From assembly GCA_020353235.1 (NCBI GenBank), contig CP070693.1, positions 836,844 through 900,843 on the forward strand: a stretch of DNA of 64,000 nt. Direction: 5' to 3'. A program made the position numbers and the translations under genes. The notes below the pieces were generated by a model. It searched no databases and was not told the origin of the DNA. It saw nothing but the letters and a program-made list of their open reading frames with translations. This document shows, one piece after another, positions 1 to 7,860 of this stretch (the stretch's first letter is position 1; each line of letters begins with the position of its first letter). This DNA is from Dehalococcoidia bacterium (GTDB taxonomy: Bacteria > Chloroflexota > Dehalococcoidia > Dehalococcoidales > JAUYDJ01).

Positions 1-527
1 CTGGTGTGTAGGTCAAGCATGAAGTTAATCAGGGCGCGCTGCAGGTGTGAGCCCAGCCCTTCTAAGACATAGAAGCGGCTGCCGGAGAGCTTGACCCCTC
101 TTTCAAAGTCAATGATGCCCAGCTTTTCCCCCAGCTGCCAGTGGGGTTTGGCGGTGAAGTCAAAGCTTTTCGGCTCGCCGCTGGTGCGCACCACCACATT
201 GTCGCTGTCATCCTTGCCCAGTGGCACCGAGGGGTGGGGGACATTGGGTACCTGAAGCAGCAGCTCGGCAAGCTGCTCGTCAATGTTTCTTACCTCGTCC
301 TCCAGCCCCTTTATCATCACGCGCAGGTCGCGTCCCTCTTCTACCTTGGCTCTCTTCTGGCGGGAGACCTCTTTGCGCTCCCGGCGTAGGTCTTCCAGCT
401 CAATCAGCTTGCGGCGGCGCTCGGTGTCCAGCTCCAGAATCTCGTCCAGCGGGGCGCTGTCCCGGCGCTTCTTTAACGACTCCCTGACCAGGTCCGGATT
501 CTCCCGAATAAACTTAGGGTCAAGCAT
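1..527 (-). CDS. serS: Seryl-tRNA synthetase, N-terminal part (gene runs off the left edge)
   Basis: Absent from the ORF track because no stop lies in the window. Reverse complement from the ATG at 527 reads MLDPKFIRENPDLVRESLKKRRDSAPLDEILELDTERRRKLIELEDLRRERKEVS...GEKLGIIDFERGVKLSGSRFYVLEGLGSHLQRALINFMLD. This is the SerRS N-terminal coiled-coil arm plus the start of the class II core. Confidence 0.85.
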   Translation of the reverse strand, partial: MLDPKFIRENPDLVRESLKKRRDSAPLDEILELDTERRRKLIELEDLRRERKEVSRQKRAKVEEGRDLRVMIKGLEDEVRNIDEQLAELLLQVPNVPHPSVPLGKDDSDNVVVRTSGEPKSFDFTAKPHWQLGEKLGIIDFERGVKLSGSRFYVLEGLGSHLQRALINFMLDLHT

Positions 528-536
528 TACTCTGCC

Positions 537-2018
537 TCAATCTTTCTCCTTGAGCTGGGGGAAGAGAATCACCTCGCGGATTGAGTGCTGGTTGGTGAAG
601 AGCATCACCAGCCGGTCAATGCCCACCCCCAGCCCGCCGCTGGGGGGCATACCGTGCTCCAGTGCTAACAGAAAGTCCTGGTCAATGGTCTCCACCGGCT
701 CACCCTTAGGGTGGCGTTGCTTCTGCTGCTTTAGGAAGCGCTCCCTTTGCTCGACTGGGTCGTTGAGCTCGGTAAAGGCATTGGCAATCTCCAGACCGCC
801 GGCGAAGGCTTCAAAGCGCTCCACCAGGCGGTTATCATCGGCTTTGGTCTTGGCCAGCGGCGACATCTCCACCGGGTAGTCAACAAGTATGGTCGGCTGT
901 ATCAAGTTGGGCTCAACGAAGGTGGCGATAAGCTCGTCAACCAGCCGCCCCCGGTCCTTCTGCGGGTCGACTTCTATGTCCAGCTTGAGCATCTCCGCCC
1001 GTAGTGCATCAGCATCGGGGAACTGCATAAAGTCAATGCCGCTATGCTTTTTAATTACCTCCTTCAGGCTGAGCTGCGGCCAGGGCGGCTTGAAGTTGAT
1101 TATTTCGTCGCCGAACTTAACCCGATGGGTGCCCAGAACCTGCTGGCAGACCTTGGCCACCATCTCCTCCAGCATCTTCATCACGTCGCGGTAGTCGGCG
1201 TAGGCTTCATAGCTTTCCAGCATGGTGAACTCCGGGTTGTGCTTGGTGGAAATACCCTCATTACGAAAGGTGCGCCCCAGCTCGTAGACCTTATCCAGAC
1301 CGCCGATAATCAGCCTCTTTAGGTGGAGCTCCAGGGCAATGCGCAGGTAGAAGTCCTGGTCGAGGGTGTGGTGGTGGGTGGTGAAGGGCTGGGCTAAGGC
1401 ACCGCCGGCGGCGGGTTGTAGCACCGGCGTTTCCACCTCAATAAAGCCCCGCTGGTTGAGAAAGTGGCGGACGGACGCAATCACCTGGCTGCGTATCTGG
1501 AAGATTTCCTTGATCTCGTTGTTGCTGATGAGGTCTAGATAGCGCTGGCGGAAGCGCTTGTCAATATTGCTCAGCCCGTGCCACTTCTCGGGCAGGGGCT
1601 GGAGTGACTTGGCCAGCAGGGTAAAGTCAGCTACCTCAAGGGTGGGCTCGCCGGTCTTGGTCCGGAAGAGCCACCCGCGGGCACCGATAATATCGCCGAT
1701 ATCAATTTCTTTGAACAGCTTGAGGCTAGTCTGGTCCAGGCTTTCGCGGTTGAAGTAGAGCTGAATCTTACCCGAGCTATCATGGATGTCAACGAAGGAG
1801 ATTTTACCCATCGCCCGGTTAGCCCTGACCCGCCCGGCGAGACTGACATCAGATGCTTCTTTTTGACCTGATGCCTCCTGCTGCTGAACTAGGGCTATCG
1901 CCTGCTGGGCGGTGTGGCTGCGGTGATAGCTGGCCGGGTAGGGGTTAACCCCCAGCGCCCGGATGCGTTCCAGCTTCTGCTGTCTTTGCTTGGTGATGCG
2001 TTCCAGTCTGGTTGCCAT
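537..2018 (-). CDS. lysS: Lysyl-tRNA synthetase, class II
   Basis: 493 aa with an N-terminal OB-fold anticodon-binding region and a class II core (FRNEGISTKHNPEFT, GGLGVGIDRLVM). It ends 9 nt upstream of the serS start. Confidence 0.95.
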   Translation of the reverse strand: MATRLERITKQRQQKLERIRALGVNPYPASYHRSHTAQQAIALVQQQEASGQKEASDVSLAGRVRANRAMGKISFVDIHDSSGKIQLYFNRESLDQTSLKLFKEIDIGDIIGARGWLFRTKTGEPTLEVADFTLLAKSLQPLPEKWHGLSNIDKRFRQRYLDLISNNEIKEIFQIRSQVIASVRHFLNQRGFIEVETPVLQPAAGGALAQPFTTHHHTLDQDFYLRIALELHLKRLIIGGLDKVYELGRTFRNEGISTKHNPEFTMLESYEAYADYRDVMKMLEEMVAKVCQQVLGTHRVKFGDEIINFKPPWPQLSLKEVIKKHSGIDFMQFPDADALRAEMLKLDIEVDPQKDRGRLVDELIATFVEPNLIQPTILVDYPVEMSPLAKTKADDNRLVERFEAFAGGLEIANAFTELNDPVEQRERFLKQQKQRHPKGEPVETIDQDFLLALEHGMPPSGGLGVGIDRLVMLFTNQHSIREVILFPQLKEKD

Positions 2019-2034
2019 TTCTCTAATAATATCG

Positions 2035-2064
2035 CAAAAAGGCGGGGAGTTCTATACTCCCGGC
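2035..2064 (-). terminator. Candidate intrinsic terminator after recO
   Basis: Minus-strand RNA GCCGGGAGUAUAGAACUCCCCGCCUUUUUG. It has a GC-rich stem (GGGAGU/ACUCCC, extendable with one mismatch), a 5-nt loop and a U5 tract. Confidence 0.4.
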
Positions 2065-2082
2065 ATATATTTTATCTCTGGT

Positions 2083-2865
2083 CTAGGCTGGAGTGCTCTG
2101 GCTTGATTTCAACTGGGCTAGATTATTAAGCCAGGCAGTTGACTTTATCTCCCGTTCCAGCAGGAATCGCTGGTAGTATCGCATCAATATTTCCAGCTGG
2201 TGGGACAGATCCGGGGTTAGTTTTAGCCTCTGGGCAGTGGGGTAATCGCTGGCCTGCAAAAAGCGGAGCACCTTCAGTGTTTCCGGTGATAGGGGATAGC
2301 CCAGCGGCTGGCCCGGTCGGCAGTTGGGGCAGAGCATACCGCCAGCATCAGGGCAGAAGTAGTTGGTCACCGGCTCCAGGGGTGTCTGGCAGGTGATACA
2401 CTGCTGAAGCTGGGGGCGGTAGCCGACTTTATCTAAGAGTTGCAGTTCAAAGTAGCGCAGGACTAATTCTTTATTATTTGCCTGGCAGAGCTGTTGCATT
2501 GTCTCCAAGAGCAACTGGAACAGGGGTTGGTTTTCCTCTTCGTCGGGGGTAAACTTATTGACCAGCTCGGTGAGATAGAGGGCGTAGGAAGCCAAGTCCA
2601 AGTCACTTTTGAGGGGTAGGAAGCTGTTGATGGTCTGGCTGCCAGTGATGGTATCCAGATTTCGGCCCCGGGCCAGCGAGACCAGACTGTGGGTTAAGAG
2701 CTCAAGGTGCCCGGCCAGCTTGCTGCGGGGGCGGCGCACTCCTTTGGCGAATCCCTGAATTTTGCCCAGGTGGGGGGTATAGAGGGTGAGGATTCTATCC
2801 GCTTCACCCAGCTTGGTCTTTTTAATAATAATCGCTTCGGTCTGATAATTTCTTGGCTTGGCCAT
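2083..2865 (-). CDS. recO: DNA repair protein RecO
   Basis: 260 aa. It has the N-terminal OB-fold pattern (EAIIIKKTKLGEADRILTLYTPHLGKI) and a C-terminal zinc-finger-like CxxC...CxxC (CITCQT...CPNC). Confidence 0.9.
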   Translation of the reverse strand: MAKPRNYQTEAIIIKKTKLGEADRILTLYTPHLGKIQGFAKGVRRPRSKLAGHLELLTHSLVSLARGRNLDTITGSQTINSFLPLKSDLDLASYALYLTELVNKFTPDEEENQPLFQLLLETMQQLCQANNKELVLRYFELQLLDKVGYRPQLQQCITCQTPLEPVTNYFCPDAGGMLCPNCRPGQPLGYPLSPETLKVLRFLQASDYPTAQRLKLTPDLSHQLEILMRYYQRFLLEREIKSTAWLNNLAQLKSSQSTPA

Positions 2866-2867
2866 TT

Positions 2868-4631
2868 CTATTTACGCCCGGCAAGTATCTGCTTGACCTG
2901 CTCGATTGTCTGGCGGACATATTTCTCATCCAGCACACCGACGGCTGAAGGGGTCTCAAAGATACGCTTGGGCAGGTGGTAGTCATCTAGCGAGAAGCCC
3001 TCTCTGAACTTGAAGCGATATTTTTCACTGTGAATTTCTTCGCCAAGGCGATGAAGGTCTTCGGGAGCAATATCAAAGCCGGCTATCTGGAGCGCCCTGG
3101 AGACTAAGTCTGGTTTGTATATGTCCCGTGCAAAGAAACAGATAGCCAGGCTGGTCAAAATCTGACGCCAACGCTCCTCTTTGAGCAGGGTTTCGGCAAG
3201 CTCCCTGGGGGTGAGCTTTTCTTTGACCAGAACCTTCTGGTCAACGCTGTAGCCGGCATTATCGCAGTGATGGTGTCGGGTGGCGATAAAAGCGCCGATG
3301 TGTGCCGCTGGTCCGGTGTGATAACCAGGCATTTCGTTTTTACCGAAGGCGAGAGCAAAGTCCATGCCGCCATAGATAGAGGCGGCATGCACCACTCCCC
3401 GCGCCAGTGCCTGGTAGAAGTCATTGGGCTGTTCCACAATGAGCGGTATCGCCTTCAGGTAGCTGGTGTAATCCCCCCAGCTGAGATTGATGCCAGATGT
3501 TTCCTTTTCGGAGATGAGACCTTGCTCCTGGGCTTCGGTGGCCCAGGCCAGGATTACGCCGGTACTCATCGCATCCAGAGCCACCTCATCTACCTTTTCC
3601 AGCAGCTTGAGCAGCCCTCTGGCATCGGAGATGCCGAGCATTGGCCCCATGGCATAGAGGGGCTCGTAGTCATAGGCAATCATTGAGGTTTTATAGAAGA
3701 AGTCCTCATCTCCGTAGGGCTCTCTCAATGCCGCCAGATGGATGCAGGCTACCGGACAGTGAGCACAGGCAAGTCGCCGGCCCAAATAATGTTCGGCAAA
3801 GGTTTCCCCGGAAATCTGGCTGGCACCTTCAAATTGGGCATCCTTCAGATTCCGGGTAGGCAGGGCGCCTATCTTATTCAGCGGCAGGACATTCTCCGGC
3901 GTGCCTAGGTCATGATATTTCTTCATCGCCGACGTGTTGACGGCTGCCTGGTAAATCTCATCGTATATCTTCTGGTACGATTTGGGGTCGCTTACCGGCA
4001 GGGAGCCTTTACCGGAGATGACCAGCGCCTTCAGTTTTTTGCTGCCGAAAACAGCCCCCAAGCCGAGCCGGCCAAAGTGGCGGTAGGTCTCGGTGGCAAC
4101 GCCGGCGTAGGGAATGAGCTTCTCCCCGGCTCGGCCGATACGCATAATAGTCCTGAATCCAGCAGCGGTCTCTTTACCTCTGATAACCCGGCCGGCCGTA
4201 ATCACGCTTCTCATTCCCCACAGGGCAGACGCATCCCGGAAGTGAACTTGATTGTTATCAATGGTCAGATAAAGCGGAATTTCGCTGGCGCCTCTAATCA
4301 CGATGGCGCCATAGCCGGCCAGGCGGATGGCGATGGCACTTCGCCCCCCGGCGTGGCTCTCACCTAAGTTACCGGAGTGCGGTGATTTGAATAGAGTTAT
4401 CGTTTTGGAGGCAACTGGGAACAGGCCATTCAGGGGGCCAACGGCAAGTATAATTGGATTTTGGGCACCGAGGGCATCGCACCCGTTGGGGCATTCTTCA
4501 TGGAGAAGTTGTATGCCGACACCAACGCCACCGATGTACTTGTCAAAGAGGTTTGGTCTTTTCTCAACCCAGAATTGCTTCTTGGAGAGGTCAACATATA
4601 GGACGTTAGCTAGAGTATCATCTTTTAGCAT
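2868..4631 (-). CDS. aor: Aldehyde:ferredoxin oxidoreductase family (tungstopterin enzyme)
   Basis: 587 aa. The N-terminal AOR domain pattern is present (YVDLSKKQFWVEKRPNLFDKYIGGVGVGIQLL, SPHSGNLGESHAGG), as is an internal Cys cluster region (CAHCPVAC). It overlaps the ferredoxin gene by 14 nt. Confidence 0.9.
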   Translation of the reverse strand: MLKDDTLANVLYVDLSKKQFWVEKRPNLFDKYIGGVGVGIQLLHEECPNGCDALGAQNPIILAVGPLNGLFPVASKTITLFKSPHSGNLGESHAGGRSAIAIRLAGYGAIVIRGASEIPLYLTIDNNQVHFRDASALWGMRSVITAGRVIRGKETAAGFRTIMRIGRAGEKLIPYAGVATETYRHFGRLGLGAVFGSKKLKALVISGKGSLPVSDPKSYQKIYDEIYQAAVNTSAMKKYHDLGTPENVLPLNKIGALPTRNLKDAQFEGASQISGETFAEHYLGRRLACAHCPVACIHLAALREPYGDEDFFYKTSMIAYDYEPLYAMGPMLGISDARGLLKLLEKVDEVALDAMSTGVILAWATEAQEQGLISEKETSGINLSWGDYTSYLKAIPLIVEQPNDFYQALARGVVHAASIYGGMDFALAFGKNEMPGYHTGPAAHIGAFIATRHHHCDNAGYSVDQKVLVKEKLTPRELAETLLKEERWRQILTSLAICFFARDIYKPDLVSRALQIAGFDIAPEDLHRLGEEIHSEKYRFKFREGFSLDDYHLPKRIFETPSAVGVLDEKYVRQTIEQVKQILAGRK

Positions 4632-5043
4632 GTCCCGCCTCCAATTTGGCTAATTCGAGCACCCCGTGAGGACAGTACTTGATGCAGTAGCCGCAGTGGA
4701 TGCATATCATCGGCTTATCGGCTTCATCATCCCAGAAAATTGCCCCGATGGTGCAAGCGTCCTGACAGTTGCCACAGCCGATGCATTTGGTCAGGTCAAC
4801 CCGTACCCCTTTCCCCTTTTTAGCTTTAAGGGCACCAGAAGGGCATACCTTGGCGCAGGGTGGGTCCTCACAGGCACGACAGACGATGACGACAAAGCCC
4901 CTTTCCATTCCGCCCGCTGACCTGACTCTGATGCATGTCCTGCTTAGCCCAGCCTTTCCCATCAGCCGGGAGCAGGCGAACATGCAACTCTGGCAACCAA
5001 TACACCTTTCCGTGTCAACTACGGATAGCTTCATTAGCTTCAT
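4618..5043 (-). CDS. 4Fe-4S cluster ferredoxin-type protein (AOR partner)
   Basis: 141 aa with several CxxCxxCxxxC-type motifs (CIGCQSCMFAC, CIGCGNCQDAC, CIHCGYCIKYC). It appears translationally coupled to aor. Confidence 0.8.
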   Translation of the reverse strand: MKLMKLSVVDTERCIGCQSCMFACSRLMGKAGLSRTCIRVRSAGGMERGFVVIVCRACEDPPCAKVCPSGALKAKKGKGVRVDLTKCIGCGNCQDACTIGAIFWDDEADKPMICIHCGYCIKYCPHGVLELAKLEAGHAKR

Positions 5044-5056
5044 CCTTTCTTCAGTT

Positions 5057-5105
5057 CAAAATAATATAAACCCCAGAGCGGGGGTTTAGCGGGAGAACTG
5101 GGGTT
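5057..5105 (-). terminator. Possible terminator hairpin after recR
   Basis: Minus-strand AACCCCAG...CUGGGGUU forms an 8-bp stem with a long 21-nt loop, followed by UAUAUUAUUUUG. The long loop weakens the call. Confidence 0.3.
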
Positions 5106-5132
5106 AGTATAAAAATTTTTGGGCATAGTTTA

Positions 5133-5726
5133 CTAAAATTCCTGTCTGCCTTCAATAGCCCGGCTGAGGGTAACATCATCGGCATATTCCAGTTCGGTGC
5201 CAAAGGGAAGCCCCCGGGCGAGGCGGGTAACCTTGATACCCAGGGGCGAAATAAGCTTGCTTAAATACATGGCAGTCTGCTCTCCCTCCAGATTGGGGTT
5301 GGTGGCTAAAATAACTTCGTTCACCGGGCTGTCCTTTAGTCGTGCTATTAGCTCCTTGATTCTGATGTCGTTAGCGCCGACTCCCTCGGTTGGTGAGATG
5401 GCACCATGGAGGACGTGATACCGCCCGCGGTAAATTCCGGTATGTTCAAGAGCTAGGATGTCCTGCGGTTGCTCCACGATGCAAATCTGGCTCTGGTCGC
5501 GCTGGTCGCTGCGGCATATGGGGCAGTGGTCGGCATCGGTGACATTGAAGCAGAGAGAACAGAGCTTGATCGCCTTTTTTACGGACAGGATAGCCTCGGC
5601 TAGCGGTCGGGTCTGCTCTTCTGGAGTGCGCAGAAGATAGTAGGCGAGGCGCTGGGCGCTCTTGGGGCCAACGCCGGGTAGCTTGTTGAGCTCTTGGATA
5701 AGCTTATCTATGGCTTCGGCAGTCAT
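5133..5726 (-). CDS. recR: Recombination protein RecR
   Basis: 197 aa with an HhH region ([17 protein letters not shown]), a Cys4 zinc finger (CSLCFNV...CPIC) and a Toprim region. Confidence 0.95.
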   Translation of the reverse strand: MTAEAIDKLIQELNKLPGVGPKSAQRLAYYLLRTPEEQTRPLAEAILSVKKAIKLCSLCFNVTDADHCPICRSDQRDQSQICIVEQPQDILALEHTGIYRGRYHVLHGAISPTEGVGANDIRIKELIARLKDSPVNEVILATNPNLEGEQTAMYLSKLISPLGIKVTRLARGLPFGTELEYADDVTLSRAIEGRQEF

Positions 5727-5766
5727 GATTTAGCTTGCATCTCCTCCCGGTTTATGATGACACCCC

Positions 5767-6072
5767 TTAGGTTAAGCCTGGGATTTTCAGACCGCCGGTT
5801 AGCTTGCCCAGACGCTGGGTGGTGAGTTTCTGTGACTTGGTGATGGCCTCACTTACCGCCTTGAAGACCAGCTCTTCCAGATTTTCGGCCTGGCTCGGGT
5901 CGATTACCTTGGGTGATATCTTTATTGATTTTAGTTTCTGGCGGCCGGTAATGGTAACCTTAACGGCACCCTTGCCTGACTGGGCTTCCAGAATGGTGCT
6001 ATCCAGTTCCTGTTGTGCCTTCTCCAACTTTGCCTTGAGTTGCCAGGCTTGGCTCAGCATAGATAGGTTCAT
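5767..6072 (-). CDS. ybaB: YbaB/EbfC family nucleoid-associated protein
   Basis: 101 aa with the pattern GKGAVKVTITGRQKLKSIKISPKVIDP...LEELVFKAV and a C-terminal GGLKIPG. It sits in the classic dnaX-ybaB-recR order. Confidence 0.85.
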   Translation of the reverse strand: MNLSMLSQAWQLKAKLEKAQQELDSTILEAQSGKGAVKVTITGRQKLKSIKISPKVIDPSQAENLEELVFKAVSEAITKSQKLTTQRLGKLTGGLKIPGLT

Positions 6073-7763
6073 TTTTCCTCCGTATCAACAATTTGGGCAC
6101 CCATATTTAAGGCTGCTTTAAGCAGGTGATTTGCCTCTGGCTCATAGACACAGCGTATATGACAGGGATGCCCTAGGAAGTGACCGAGAATTTTCTCGGC
6201 GGTTTGCTGGTTCTCTGGCTTCTCAATCTGCTCTTTATGATAGGCATACTTGAAGGATAAGACCACTGTGTCACCGTCGAGGCTTACTACTCTGATGCCA
6301 GCGCTTCTCAGGATGGCAATCGCCGGTGTTCTTCGGGTGTCTTCCGGGGCTTGCTCAATAATCTGCTTCCAGTTGGCGCTTATCCGCTCTATTTCACTAC
6401 TGGGTGGGGATGGTGGGGTGGTAACATCGGCTTTGGATTCAACTGGCTCGGCTTTAGCCGGTGGGGTGGTGACTTCTGCCTTGGCTTCTTCGCTAACGCC
6501 GGCTTCGGCTAGGGGGGTAGTAACCTCGGCTTTAGCTTCGACCGCTTCCGGTTTGGCGGCTCGTTTTTTTGGTTTAGCCTTGGCTTCTTCCGGCTGGGGT
6601 GGGGGGGGTGTAACCGTAGGCTCAGCGGCGGCTACCAGCGGGGGTAGTGCCTCTTCAACCTTGGGCGTCGGTAAGGTGGTGACCTCTTTTTCGGTCAGGA
6701 TGGAGTCAACCAGAGCCAGCTCCAGGGGTAGGGTGGAGTAGCTATTAAAACCAGACTCAAGCTCGCCAAAGAGCTTGACTGCGGTCAATATCTGGGGAAG
6801 GGAAGCTTTGGTGGCCAGGTCTTTTAATTCAGCTATCTCCTCGGTGGTGAAATCAAGTGCCTGGTCAGCACCGGTCTTTATTAGTAATACTCCCCGAAGG
6901 TATTCCATAAGCTCGCGGATGAATTGCCTTAAGTCCAGACCATCGCTATTGACGTCATTGATGGTAGCGATACCGGCCGAAACATCTTTATTGGCAATAT
7001 GCTTTATCACCTCTTTGGCCCGCCAGTCTCCGGTGATACCGAGAATCGCCTGCGCTTGATGAAGCCCGATTTCGGTGCCATAATAGGTGGTCAGTTGTTC
7101 CAGCAGGTTCTCGGCGTCGCGCAGGCTGCCCGTGGCGCTCTTGGCCACTAGGCGTAGCGCTTCCGGCTCGATTTTAATACCTTCCTTCTGGCAGATGCTG
7201 GTCAGTTTGGCGGTGATATCGGCCAGTGGTAGGCGGTGGAAATCAAAGCGCTGGCAGCGTGATTGGATGGTAGGCAGGACTTTGTGGGCTTCGGTAGTCG
7301 CCAGCACGAAGATGACAGTTGGGGGTGGTTCCTCAAGGGTCTTGAGCAGGGCATTAGAGGCGCTGGTGCTGAGCATATGGACTTCGTCGATAATATAGAC
7401 CTTATAGCGGGCCTGGTTGGGCGCATAATTAACCTTCTCGCGAAGATTGCGGATGTCGTCAACGCCGGTGTTGCTGGCGGCATCAATCTCAATGAAATCA
7501 ACTGCACTACCTTCGTTTATTGCCCGGCACATGGCGCAGGTATTACAGGGCTCACCCTGACCATTGGTAAGGCAGTTTACCGCTTTCGCCAAGATACGAC
7601 CGGTGCTGGTCTTGCCGGTGCCGCGTGGACCGCAGAAGAGATAGGCATGAGATACCCGGTTGCTGCTCAGGGCATTAAGCAATGTCTGGGTTATATGTTG
7701 CTGACCAACTACTTCGGCTAGGGTTTGAGGACGCCATTTGCGATAAAAGACCTGAGATGACAT
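6069..7763 (-). CDS. dnaX: DNA polymerase III subunit gamma/tau
   Basis: 564 aa with Walker A GPRGTGKTS, a zinc module CxxCxxC (CNTCAMC), DEVHML and a sensor region. A Pro/Ala/Glu-rich linker precedes the C-terminal tau domain. Confidence 0.95.
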   Translation of the reverse strand: MSSQVFYRKWRPQTLAEVVGQQHITQTLLNALSSNRVSHAYLFCGPRGTGKTSTGRILAKAVNCLTNGQGEPCNTCAMCRAINEGSAVDFIEIDAASNTGVDDIRNLREKVNYAPNQARYKVYIIDEVHMLSTSASNALLKTLEEPPPTVIFVLATTEAHKVLPTIQSRCQRFDFHRLPLADITAKLTSICQKEGIKIEPEALRLVAKSATGSLRDAENLLEQLTTYYGTEIGLHQAQAILGITGDWRAKEVIKHIANKDVSAGIATINDVNSDGLDLRQFIRELMEYLRGVLLIKTGADQALDFTTEEIAELKDLATKASLPQILTAVKLFGELESGFNSYSTLPLELALVDSILTEKEVTTLPTPKVEEALPPLVAAAEPTVTPPPPQPEEAKAKPKKRAAKPEAVEAKAEVTTPLAEAGVSEEAKAEVTTPPAKAEPVESKADVTTPPSPPSSEIERISANWKQIIEQAPEDTRRTPAIAILRSAGIRVVSLDGDTVVLSFKYAYHKEQIEKPENQQTAEKILGHFLGHPCHIRCVYEPEANHLLKAALNMGAQIVDTEEK

Positions 7764-7814
7764 CTCTTTTATTATACCTTATATTATCAAATTTCGGAAT
7801 AATTCCAACGGCAA

Positions 7815-7843
7815 TTGAAAAATTGTGAAACTAATCATACAAT
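7815..7843 (+). promoter_or_regulatory. Candidate sigma70-type promoter for the repeat-protein gene
   Basis: TTGAAA (7815-7820), a 17-nt spacer and TACAAT (7838-7843). An AGGGGAAGGG ribosome-binding site follows before the ATG at 7861. Confidence 0.4.
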
Positions 7844-7860
7844 AGGGGAAGGGTTTGGCG

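Noticed and set aside
283-879. 198-aa plus-strand ORF rich in Ser/Arg
   Set aside because: It lies entirely antisense to serS and lysS, both of which have unambiguous family motifs. Its low-complexity composition is typical of the opposite strand of a GC-rich gene.
2019-2082. T-box leaders upstream of the aminoacyl-tRNA synthetase genes (lysS here; also tyrS at 24363-24369 and metG at 33025-33033)
   Set aside because: The upstream gaps are 64, 7 and 9 nt. T-box leaders need about 200 nt or more, and no specifier or T-box sequence is visible.
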